Below, piece after piece: positions 9,314-18,066 of a stretch of 64,000 nucleotides of DNA. The stretch comes from Bacteroidota bacterium (GTDB lineage Bacteria > Bacteroidota > Bacteroidia > Flavobacteriales_D > UBA2798): NCBI GenBank assembly GCA_049322335.1, contig JBMORL010000100.1, forward strand, positions 3,723-67,722, in the 5' to 3' direction. The translations under genes were made by a program, and so were the position numbers. A model generated the notes under the pieces. That model saw only the letters and a list, made by a program, of their open reading frames with translations, did no database searches and was not told where the DNA came from. The stretch's first letter is position 1. Every line of letters begins with the position of its first letter.

Positions 9314-11926
9314 TTACCTCGTTAACGTAACGTGTCCTGTGTATTTGTGTTCCGTATTTTGTGAATCCATAAGTTGTATGATATAATAATAAACCCCTTC
9401 CGAAGCTTCTTTACCGTCTTTTTCGCCATTCCAGCTTCCGGTAAGTGTATCATAGCCATACATAAAAAGTCCCCAGCGGTCGTAAATTTCAACATGCAGT
9501 GTATTTACACCGGCAAGATCAAGCTCAAACACATCGTTTACCCCATCACCGTTAGGCGAAAACACATTGGGAATGATGATAAAGAAGTTGGGGACAACAT
9601 TAATAAGAACAGTAGCTGTGTCCGAACATCCGTCAGCATTCACTGCAATCATCGTCACCGTATAGGTGCTATCCGTTATATAGGTTTGGCTGGTAGTAGT
9701 AGAAGTGGTATTTTCAGTAAACCCGTTTCCGTAATCCCATGAATACGCTGTTCCACCGGTGGTAGTATTGGTGAACGTTACATTCAATGGAGAAACTCCC
9801 GAAGAAGGAGAAGCTGTAAAACCGGCATTCACATCCGACACAGTTACAGCTACCACATCGGGAGCGCTGGTACAACCATTCAATGTAGCCACCACCGTAT
9901 AGTTTCCTGCATCGGCTGTGGTTACCGGATCGATAAGCGGATTTTGTGAAGTGGAAGTAAATCCATTGGGGCCGGTCCACGCATAAGTAGCCCCGTTAAT
10001 AGTGTTGGCATTTAATTGCAGCGCGTCTCCTTCACATAAAGGAGAGTTGGAAGAAGCATTTACCACCGGAACAGGATTAACCGTCACTACCATATTATCC
10101 GGTGTGCTTGTACAACCGTTAAGTGTTACTACCACCGTATATGTTCCTGCATCGCCTGTAGCAGCAGGATTGATTACCGGGTTTTGCTGGGAGGATGTGA
10201 ATCCGTTTGGACCTGTCCACGAATAGGTCGCTCCATTTACTGTTGAAGCACTGAGATTGATCGTGTCTCCTTCGCAAACCGTTACATCACTTCCTGCTGT
10301 TACAACAGGATTGGGATTTACCGTTACGTTGGTGGTAGCGGTGGCCGTGCATCCGTTCAGTGTAACGGTAACCGTATATGCGCCCGATCCACTAACGGAT
10401 ATGGGACTGATGGTGGGATTTTGCTGTGAAGAAGTATAACCACCAGGGCCAGTCCATGAATAGGTGGCTCCTGTTACAGTGGGGCTCGATAAATTGATGG
10501 TTCCGTTTTCGCACACCGGCCCGTCATTGGAAGCAGATGCAGTGGGCATAGCGGGATTGGTAATAGTTGCCGTATTGGTACATGCCGGATCAGCCGAAAA
10601 AACTGCCGTTATAGTACAACTTCCTCCGTTGGCAGGTTGTCCGCCTAAAGTATAGGCCTGGGGACTTGTAAACGGTGCAAAAAATGTTTGTGAGCCTCCG
10701 CAGGAAGAACTAACGGTTAGCGAACCGCTGGAAGGCGCATTGGAAAACGTGATTTGGCCATTGGCATCGTATGTTTGATTGGCACAATTGATAGTTCCCA
10801 CGGATGCAGTTACAGAACTGATATTACAAATAGGCGAACAGTTAGCTGGCGCGGTGTAATTAGAGTTAGCCGTACATGCCGGATCAGCAGAAAAAACAGC
10901 TGTAATTGTACAGGAAGAACCATTGGCGGTTAATCCCGTTAAGTTATAATTGGCCGGAGAAACAAACGGAGCATTAAACACCTGGGAACCGCCACAGGAG
11001 TTGGAGACTGTTAATGTTCCTGAGGCAGGTGCATTTGTAAAAGTTACCGCACCGGATACGTCATAGGTATTGGTAGCAGGTACACATGCACCGGGCGTAG
11101 CTGTAAGTGATTGTATACTACACGATAAAGTACATGCTGGCGGTGCCGTATAAGTGGCAGAAGTATTACAGGTAGCATCTGCCGAAAATGTAGCACTAAC
11201 GGTACACGAACTTCCGTTGGCCGTTAGTCCGGTTAAGGAATAGTTTATGGGTGAAGTGAATGGCGCATTAAAAACCTGTGATCCTCCGCAACTGCTGGAT
11301 ATGGTAAGTGTTCCTGAGCCTGGCGGACTGGTTATTACGAGACTTCCTGAAACATCATACGTATTTGTTCCCGAATTACAGGCAGTAGGGTTTGCCGTAA
11401 ATGATTGCACGCCACAAATAATAGAACAATCAGCTGAACCTGCTCCACCGGTTTGTGAAAATGTAATGGTTCCGGGAACATTGGAAAAATTGGTTAATAA
11501 CAAAACATATACCTGACCTACAGAAGCGCTGGGAATCGTAGCTGTTTCCACCGCTGCTGTTGAATAACTGCAATCCACACCCGAAGTAGTCATCAGGCTG
11601 GTTGCACAGGCAGCTGACAAAGAAGAATAAGGTCCCCAGATAATAAAGTCGACATCAATTCCATTTCCGCCCCCGTCAACCTGGCTGATGTTAAAAGTCA
11701 TCGAACCATTTTGGTCGATTTCCATATAATACCATGCCGGATTGGGAGAAGAACCCAGGCAGTCTACAGCCCCAAGGTCTCCATTATTGGTGGAGTTGGG
11801 AAATGTGTAGGTAGTTCCCGTACAAAAAGGATCTGCAGAATTACAGTTTGCTCCCTGTGAAAAACCTTCGCTGAAGGTGGTTAGAAATAAAACGGAAAAC
11901 AGGAGAAAGGATAAATTTTTTTTCAT
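9314..11926 (-). CDS. T9SS type-B CTD (gliding-motility-associated) surface protein with Cys-rich repeats, Ig-like repeats and a PKD domain
   Basis: Signal peptide; C-terminal IPNVFSPNGDGVND...IYDRWG...WNG...GVYYY...GHVTLTR; internal repeats. Confidence 0.92.
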   Translation of the reverse strand: MKKNLSFLLFSVLFLTTFSEGFSQGANCNSADPFCTGTTYTFPNSTNNGDLGAVDCLGSSPNPAWYYMEIDQNGSMTFNISQVDGGGNGIDVDFIIWGPYSSLSAACATSLMTTSGVDCSYSTAAVETATIPSASVGQVYVLLLTNFSNVPGTITFSQTGGAGSADCSIICGVQSFTANPTACNSGTNTYDVSGSLVITSPPGSGTLTISSSCGGSQVFNAPFTSPINYSLTGLTANGSSCTVSATFSADATCNTSATYTAPPACTLSCSIQSLTATPGACVPATNTYDVSGAVTFTNAPASGTLTVSNSCGGSQVFNAPFVSPANYNLTGLTANGSSCTITAVFSADPACTANSNYTAPANCSPICNISSVTASVGTINCANQTYDANGQITFSNAPSSGSLTVSSSCGGSQTFFAPFTSPQAYTLGGQPANGGSCTITAVFSADPACTNTATITNPAMPTASASNDGPVCENGTINLSSPTVTGATYSWTGPGGYTSSQQNPTISPISVSGSGAYTVTVTLNGCTATATTNVTVNPNPVVTAGSDVTVCEGDTINLSASTVNGATYSWTGPNGFTSSQQNPVINPAATGDAGTYTVVVTLNGCTSTPDNMVVTVNPVPVVNASSNSPLCEGDALQLNANTINGATYAWTGPNGFTSTSQNPLIDPVTTADAGNYTVVATLNGCTSAPDVVAVTVSDVNAGFTASPSSGVSPLNVTFTNTTTGGTAYSWDYGNGFTENTTSTTTSQTYITDSTYTVTMIAVNADGCSDTATVLINVVPNFFIIIPNVFSPNGDGVNDVFELDLAGVNTLHVEIYDRWGLFMYGYDTLTGSWNGEKDGKEASEGVYYYIIQLMDSQNTEHKYTGHVTLTR

Positions 11927-12095
11927 CGCCTGAATGGAATTAGTGTTTAGCGCACTAATTTAAGTGAATAATATGAATCCGTACCACATCCGGCCTTCAA
12001 CATTTCCACAATTTTCAATATTGATGGGTTGGCCCATCAGTCAACAGCATGAATGTTTTTTGTGATTTCGGTTATATGCAATGAACCATAGAAAA

Positions 12096-12233
12096 TTAGC
12101 GATGCTTATGAGTATTGGATTTGTTTCCATAAGCCGGGCAATATACTCCTTTTGAACAGGAGGCAAATAAAATTGAAATGGCTAATAAAGCGGTTATCGC
12201 TTTAACGGCTGTAGTGGTTTTGATGGTCTTCAT
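12096..12233 (-). CDS. 45-aa micro-lipoprotein with CPAYG motif
   Basis: MKTIKTTTAVKAITALLAISILFASC-SKGVYCPAYGNKSNTHKHR; SPII lipobox; motif shared with the neighbouring ORF. Confidence 0.72.
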   Translation of the reverse strand: MKTIKTTTAVKAITALLAISILFASCSKGVYCPAYGNKSNTHKHR

Positions 12234-12373
12234 GGCTTCCTTGTTTTGGTTGTTTGATAATAAAGGGAGGGCTTTTATAAAATTCCATAAAACCAACCTC
12301 AAATTATTGATGATCAACAATAAAGAAAAAAATAATCTGCTTTTCATCTCCATAACCTCTCACGGGGAAACAT

Positions 12374-12409
12374 AAAAAAATTCCCCGCCACGATTTCCGT
12401 AACGGGGAG
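12374..12409 (-). terminator. Intrinsic terminator of the 63-aa lipoprotein gene
   Basis: Minus strand TCCCCGTTACG-GAAAT-CGTGGCGGGGA then T7; the G-U pairs fit the minus-strand RNA. Confidence 0.8.
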
Positions 12410-12433
12410 TAAATAGTATAACTATTAAAATGC

Positions 12434-12625
12434 TTAGATCTTCTTTTCGGATTCTATCTCTTTCACGTTTTCCATAAGCGCCCAAACAGCCTTTTTCTCC
12501 GGAAGAACCTGGCCTCCGTATGCGGGGCAGGTACCTTTATGACGGCATGAACTTAATAATACAGCGGTAACAAATAATCCCAGTGATAATCTGGCTACTG
12601 TTAAGGTAAAACGGCTTGCTTTCAT
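12434..12625 (-). CDS. 63-aa micro-lipoprotein with CPAYG motif
   Basis: MKASRFTLTVARLSLGLFVTAVLLSSC-RHKGTCPAYGG...; lipobox LSSC; has its own terminator. Confidence 0.75.
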   Translation of the reverse strand: MKASRFTLTVARLSLGLFVTAVLLSSCRHKGTCPAYGGQVLPEKKAVWALMENVKEIESEKKI

Positions 12626-12786
12626 TTGGCGTGTGTTTAAGTTATTTTAGTTTTCCCGGCTTGTTTTGCTTATTCAGGTCTGCTTTTTCAATTATTCCAC
12701 AAAAATATTTTAATTTTTTCAGTTAACGTTTGATTTTTACGGTAGTTATCAGTCAAATGACGGGCCATTTTGTTCATAAACCACCA

Positions 12787-12821
12787 AAAATCGGATGAAA
12801 TTTACCTAAAATCGGATAAAA
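12787..12821. promoter_or_regulatory. 21-bp-period direct repeat (LytTR/AraC-type binding-site geometry)
   Basis: AAAATCGGATGAAA (12787-12800) and AAAATCGGATAAAA (12808-12821), 13/14 identical. Confidence 0.55.
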
Positions 12822-12900
12822 CGAGAAATTTTAAAAAAGGTTTATGCAATTTTATAAAAAATAGCCCTAAATTGACGAAACACCAAAAATCAGGGCCCGG

Positions 12901-13488
12901 TTGATCATTGCACTGCTAAATAATTACGGACAGTATTCGGATGAATACCTGGTGGAGCATTACCGGCAATCGGGCAATTCCTTTTTTGTGGGCGAACTCT
13001 ATAAGCGGTATTCGCTTCCGGTTACAGCCATTTGCTTTTCTTATTTTAAAGAGCGTAACGAAACCGAAGATACTGTTATGGAGGTGTTTGAAATGGTACT
13101 GGCAGACCTTAAAAAGTATGAGGTTCAGAATTTTAAAGCCTGGCTCCTCACCTCTGTTAAGCATTACTGCCTCAAAAAGAAGGAGAAAAACCAGCGCAAG
13201 ACCGAAAAAGAGCGCGATTTCAAAAAAACCGAAAAACATTTTATGGAATTGCAGGAAGAACTATCCCCTACTGATAAAGAAGCCGATACAGAACGCGTGC
13301 TGGTGCAGCTTCAGCAAGCCATCAGCCAGCTAAAGGGCGAACAAAAAACCTGCCTTGAGCTTTTTTACCTGCAGGATCAATCCTACCAGGAAATTGCAGA
13401 AAGTACAGGCTACGACATTAATAAAGTGAAGAGTTATATACAAAACGGAAAAAGGAACCTTAAACTATTTATGGAAGAAAATGGCTGA
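12901..13488 (+). CDS. ECF (sigma-70 group 4) RNA polymerase sigma factor
   Basis: SDEYLV...GELYKRY, FKAWL region 2; LELFYLQDQSYQEIAESTGYDINKVKSYIQNGKRNLK region 4. Confidence 0.93.
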   Translation: MIIALLNNYGQYSDEYLVEHYRQSGNSFFVGELYKRYSLPVTAICFSYFKERNETEDTVMEVFEMVLADLKKYEVQNFKAWLLTSVKHYCLKKKEKNQRKTEKERDFKKTEKHFMELQEELSPTDKEADTERVLVQLQQAISQLKGEQKTCLELFYLQDQSYQEIAESTGYDINKVKSYIQNGKRNLKLFMEENG

Positions 13489-14575
13489 TGCCATCACACA
13501 TATTATTGCCGGCAAACCGGTTTCGGATGAACTGCTCTCGCGTTTTTTCAGGGGCGATCTGCAACCTGGCGAAATGTCGCGCCTGGAACAACTTATACAA
13601 TCGGATGAATTGTACAGGGAAGTATACGGGGTTATCAGCCACGAGGAATTTCTTTCGTGTATTTCCATCAACCAAAATGTTTGCAAAAAAATAAATGCTT
13701 CCTATCCTTTATCAGGCGGATGGAAATATTATCACTACCTGGGCATTGCCGCAGTTATCGCACTCCTGCTGGCCTGGTGGATGTGGCCCGCTGAAGCTGA
13801 CTCAGATAAGCATCTGCCTGTAACCGGCAAAAATTCTGTTGCCCCGGCAGGAAATGAAAATAAAAATGACAGTGAAATCAGCCATTGGACTCCTTATACC
13901 AATACCTGGCACGAAGAAGACGGGACTGAAAAAGCAAAGGAAAATGAGTCTGCCCTGGAACACGTGGAACCTGGAAATATTGATGATATCTATAAATCCA
14001 TTCCCGAAAATGTAACGGAAGAAACCGCACAGCAAAAACTAACTGGAAAAGAAAATAAAAATCCCGATAACAAAAATAACATCGTTTACCAGGGCGACAA
14101 CACCCGCAAATTTGATGAAAATGCTATTATATCGCTGGATGTAGCGGCAGCACAGGTAGTAATCAAAAACAACCTGGCAGAAATGGACAATACACAAACC
14201 GATCCCAATCACAAAGTAAACGACCCGAATATCGGCAACGCGGTGGTGACAAAAGGCAGGGATTTAAAATATAACATTGCCGATATGCCTTATTACGATG
14301 GTGGCGACCTCGTGCTCAATGTTTATGTTGAAAGCCATCTCGATCAGAAAATTTCTATCCGAAGAAAACAATTTGTGGAAAGTGTATTGGTAAAATTCGA
14401 CCTCACCGCCAAAGGAAAAATAGAAAATGTGGAAGTAATGGGTATTGACGTTCCCGAAAACATGAAAAAGGAAATTGAAAAAGTAATTAAAGAAGCACCG
14501 GGATGGCGTGCAGGGAAAAAATCAGGAAGAAAAGGTTCGATGCAGTATACCATAGCTATAAGCTTTTCTTATTAA
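13481..14575 (+). CDS. Putative anti-sigma factor: N-terminal anti-sigma domain, one TM helix, C-terminal TonB_C-like domain
   Basis: Overlaps the sigma stop codon; TM LGIAAVIALLLAWWMW; MPYYDGG...VLVKFDL..GKIENVEV...PGWRAG...YTIAISF. Confidence 0.78.
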   Translation: MADAITHIIAGKPVSDELLSRFFRGDLQPGEMSRLEQLIQSDELYREVYGVISHEEFLSCISINQNVCKKINASYPLSGGWKYYHYLGIAAVIALLLAWWMWPAEADSDKHLPVTGKNSVAPAGNENKNDSEISHWTPYTNTWHEEDGTEKAKENESALEHVEPGNIDDIYKSIPENVTEETAQQKLTGKENKNPDNKNNIVYQGDNTRKFDENAIISLDVAAAQVVIKNNLAEMDNTQTDPNHKVNDPNIGNAVVTKGRDLKYNIADMPYYDGGDLVLNVYVESHLDQKISIRRKQFVESVLVKFDLTAKGKIENVEVMGIDVPENMKKEIEKVIKEAPGWRAGKKSGRKGSMQYTIAISFSY

Positions 14576-14771
14576 GTTAGGGCTTAACAATAAACCGGAA
14601 TCATCACAACCGGATTTTTAGCTTCAGCATCATTTCATTGCTGCCGGTATTGGTTAAACAACCCTTTATCACCTGTTTTTAGCGGTTAATCTAAGCTAAG
14701 ATTTACATAAAACATCGTTAACAACAGCATAATCGCTGCGGCATAATTTTATACCATTAATTTATTCTTCT

Positions 14772-15632
14772 ATGCTGCAAACCGCTTTTAAAAAAAGTAA
14801 TCCGTTTCATGAACCGGAAAATCTTGAATACAGGTACGAGAAACTCCTTAAGGAAAACACTACAGTCAGAGATGGTATTCTTTATGCCTCTACTATTCAA
14901 AACGGGTTATTGCCCAAAACCCGCCACTTTAACCGCATGTGTGCCGAACACTTTATTATCTACCGGCCGCTGAATACCATTGGCGGTGATTTTTACTGGG
15001 TAGGCTCAAAGGATGGAAAAAAAATATTTGCCACTGCCGACTGCACGGGACACGGTATTCCGGGAGCCATGCTTACGGTGCTTGGTATTAGTTTTCTCAA
15101 TTATGTTGTTTTGGGAAAAGAATGGAACAGTGCTGGAGAAATTCTGAAAGAAATTGACAAGAAGTGGATTGAAACTTTTGATCCTCACTCTGACGGTGAA
15201 GGCAACAACGACTGGATGGAAATATCTGTTTGTGTATACGATACTCTTTCCCGAAAACTCTCGTTTGCCGGTGCCAACGGAAACTTATTTGCGGCAGACT
15301 GTAACGGGCCCCGTTTCTATGAAGGAAATTCTTACCCTGTGGGCGGCTGGCAACTGGAAAAAAACCGCAGGTATGACACTACTGATATTTCTCTTGAACT
15401 GAACACAAGGATTTACATGGGTTCAGATGGTTTCCGTCACCAGTTCGGTGGAGATTCGTCTTCTCATCCCCGCGGAAAAAAATTTTCACGCAAGCGCCTT
15501 TTTAATCTCCTTGCCGATGTATATAATTTACCTATGTATATGCAAAAACTGCTGATCGAAAATCAATTGGATGCATGGAAAGGCAGCTTCGAACAAACCG
15601 ATGATATCTGCATAATGGGTATCAGGCTGTAA
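14772..15632 (+). CDS. Stand-alone SpoIIE/PP2C family phosphatase
   Basis: IQNGLLP, IGGDFYW, ADCTGHGIPGA, SDGFRHQFGG, QTDDICIMG. Confidence 0.9.
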   Translation: MLQTAFKKSNPFHEPENLEYRYEKLLKENTTVRDGILYASTIQNGLLPKTRHFNRMCAEHFIIYRPLNTIGGDFYWVGSKDGKKIFATADCTGHGIPGAMLTVLGISFLNYVVLGKEWNSAGEILKEIDKKWIETFDPHSDGEGNNDWMEISVCVYDTLSRKLSFAGANGNLFAADCNGPRFYEGNSYPVGGWQLEKNRRYDTTDISLELNTRIYMGSDGFRHQFGGDSSSHPRGKKFSRKRLFNLLADVYNLPMYMQKLLIENQLDAWKGSFEQTDDICIMGIRL

Positions 15633-17067
15633 AAAATTTCTCATCAAAATTCACCAGGTATAATTTTTCAGTGGCGCGTGTAACGGCCGTATACAGCCAC
15701 CTGAGAAACTCTGCATTGATCATATCTTCCGTAAGATATCCCTGGTCGACAAACACTACCGGCCATTGCCCGCCCTGCGCCTTGTGGCAGGTAACCGACC
15801 ATGCAAACTTCACCTGCAGGGCGTTATAATGAGGGTCTTTAAATACTTTTTCACGAATTTCTTTTTTATCCCATTTTGTGCTTTCGGGATCGCTGGTGAT
15901 TTCGTTTTCCAGTTCAATAAATAACTTTTTCAGCTCTTCTGCCGGAAGGTTGGCACTTTCTGAATGCAGCGTGTTCAATAACAGTTTTACTTCCATTTCC
16001 GGATCTTCGGGATAATCAGGCATACGCACCTGCACATCGGCAAACCGGAAACCGTAGTGATCGTAAATCCGTTTTACCTTATTTACCTCAAGCAGGTCAC
16101 CGTTAGCAATAAACCCGGCCTGTGTTTTTTCATCCAGCCAATAATAATTATTTTTTACCACCATCAGCTGGTCGCCAGCATTCAGTTCGTTTTCAATCCA
16201 AAACACCCTTCCCCTCACCTCGCGGTTAAACAGGTTGGCCCTTTTATTGGAGCGGGTAATAATAATCACCCCGTTTCTCCCGGCATACGAAAAAGCGCTT
16301 TCCAACTCATCCTGCAATTCGGCACCATTTAATTTTTTTATATCGGGAAAAGCCATGTCGAGCGTGGGGAAGTCTTTATTTCCGCTTAGCAAAAGGTAGC
16401 GAAGCAGGGTGGCGTTATATAAAATTCCCGATTCTTCTTTCTGGCGCACCACCTCTTTCAACTCGCTTTGAAATACCTTCAGCCTGAAATTTTCTTCTAT
16501 GTATTTCACATCCAGTGCCGGGCTGTATTCCAGTCCAACAGGCGGCAACTGGGCATTATCGCCTACAAACACGGCATAACAGTTTTTTCCCCGGTAGATA
16601 TAACGGAGTACGTCTTCCAGCAGTGAGCGCTGATCGAAGAAAGCCGACTTTGAGTCTCCTTCATCAGAAATCATGGAAGCTTCATCAATAATAAACAGCG
16701 TATCGGTATGCAGGTTGGGCAGGAGCTCGAAAAAAAAATAACCGCCTTTCAGTCTCCGCTGGTAGATCTTTTTATGGATGGTAAAGGCCGGTTTACCCGA
16801 ATAGCCCGAAATCACTTTGGCCGCCCTTCCGGTAGGAGCCAGCAATATGGTTTTCATTTTCAGGGCCGGGGCAGCAGACACCAGTGCCGACATCATCGTG
16901 GTTTTTCCCGTCCCCGCATATCCTTTCAGAATAAACAACTTAAACCGGCTTTCATCGGCCATGAAAGCTGCAAAATTTTCCACAAACCCCCGTTGGCCTA
17001 CCGTTGGCTCAACCCTGAGCCTGCCATACAATATCCCCGCTGTTTTGTCCGTTTCCTGTGCAGCCAT
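15622..17067 (-). CDS. RecD-like SF1 ATP-dependent helicase
   Basis: GYAGTGKT Walker A, IIDEASM, VGDNAQLPPV, VVRQ, TCHKAQGGQW, YTAVTRA; start placed at MAAQETDK. Confidence 0.9.
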   Translation of the reverse strand: MAAQETDKTAGILYGRLRVEPTVGQRGFVENFAAFMADESRFKLFILKGYAGTGKTTMMSALVSAAPALKMKTILLAPTGRAAKVISGYSGKPAFTIHKKIYQRRLKGGYFFFELLPNLHTDTLFIIDEASMISDEGDSKSAFFDQRSLLEDVLRYIYRGKNCYAVFVGDNAQLPPVGLEYSPALDVKYIEENFRLKVFQSELKEVVRQKEESGILYNATLLRYLLLSGNKDFPTLDMAFPDIKKLNGAELQDELESAFSYAGRNGVIIITRSNKRANLFNREVRGRVFWIENELNAGDQLMVVKNNYYWLDEKTQAGFIANGDLLEVNKVKRIYDHYGFRFADVQVRMPDYPEDPEMEVKLLLNTLHSESANLPAEELKKLFIELENEITSDPESTKWDKKEIREKVFKDPHYNALQVKFAWSVTCHKAQGGQWPVVFVDQGYLTEDMINAEFLRWLYTAVTRATEKLYLVNFDEKFFTA

Positions 17068-17129
17068 TACCGCAAAGTAATCAACAATATGCTTATAACT
17101 AAATTCATATACGCATTTAAAAAAAATTG

Positions 17130-17137
17130 TAGATTTG
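17130..17137 (+). promoter_or_regulatory. Bacteroidota primary-sigma -7 element TAGATTTG
   Basis: Matches TAnnTTTG, 25 nt upstream of ATG 17163. Confidence 0.55.
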
Positions 17138-17162
17138 TCGCTGTTCAAAAAACCAATACATT

Positions 17163-18062
17163 ATGAGCTTCTGGAACGGAATTGGAAAACTTTATAAAAA
17201 GTATTTGTACTTCAGAAACAAGTATTTATTCCAAGTGTTTGTCATTGCCCTTGGCTTGGTACTTGTTAAAGTAGGAATAACTCCTGACCCAAAAGCTAAT
17301 TTGCCACAGAATGCCCTATTCCTATCTGGTGGGCTTGGTGTTCTTGGAGCTGGAATCATTTCAATATTATACGTTGCTGGTGTAATTAACAAGGTTTTAC
17401 ATAATTTGTTTATGTATTTGTTTCTGCCGATAGGTGTATTTGTTTTTGGTTACCTCGACTTTCGTTCCATCAACGATGAAATAAAATTCCGTGCCATGCA
17501 AAAGGAAATTCAGCGCGAAATCAAACAGCGCCTTCGTGATATCCGCGATGCACAGGTAGAATTTAAAAACAAATACGGAAAATATGCGGCCGATTTTGCA
17601 GAACTGAAAAAATTTATTCTCACTGACAAAACCATTACAGTGAAAAAAATAGGGGATATTCCTGACAAGATCACACAGGAAATGCTCGATTCATTGGGAC
17701 TGAAAGAAGCTCCTGAAAAAGGCTTAACAGAAGTACAGGCATGGATTCTGTCGAAAAAAGGAGTGATAAAAGGATTTGCGCGCGACACAACCTATCAGTC
17801 TGTAATGGAGCTGTTGTTTACCAATGAAAAAGCCCGGGCTACACGCTCAGCAGATTCGGAATACGCTTTCAATATTGATTCGCTTGACATTGTTCCATTC
17901 ACAGGTGGAAAAGGGAAATTCCAGATGAAAACCGATTTCCTTACCAAAAACAATATGCAGGTTCCTGTATTTCTTGTAATGGAACTGGAAACCATTAATA
18001 AAGACACATTACTGGTAGGTTCGCTTACCGAAGCATCCACCAGCGGAAACTGGGGCGAATAA
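17163..18062 (+). CDS. Conserved membrane-anchored hypothetical protein with three N-terminal TM helices
   Basis: RLRDIRDAQVEFKNKYGKYAADFAEL and C-terminal VGSLTEASTSGNWGE, typical of the gene preceding DUF3822-rsmD. Confidence 0.8.
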   Translation: MSFWNGIGKLYKKYLYFRNKYLFQVFVIALGLVLVKVGITPDPKANLPQNALFLSGGLGVLGAGIISILYVAGVINKVLHNLFMYLFLPIGVFVFGYLDFRSINDEIKFRAMQKEIQREIKQRLRDIRDAQVEFKNKYGKYAADFAELKKFILTDKTITVKKIGDIPDKITQEMLDSLGLKEAPEKGLTEVQAWILSKKGVIKGFARDTTYQSVMELLFTNEKARATRSADSEYAFNIDSLDIVPFTGGKGKFQMKTDFLTKNNMQVPVFLVMELETINKDTLLVGSLTEASTSGNWGE

Positions 18063-18066
18063 TTTT

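Noticed and set aside
12178..12375. Plus-strand 65-aa hydrophobic ORF and the 85-aa extended version of 12096-12353
   Set aside because: The first is the antisense shadow of the lipoprotein signal peptide; the extension runs through the putative promoter
15622..17067. Helicase as part of an anti-phage defence system
   Set aside because: It sits in the housekeeping context divergent from DUF3822-rsmD-coaD with no defence partner genes
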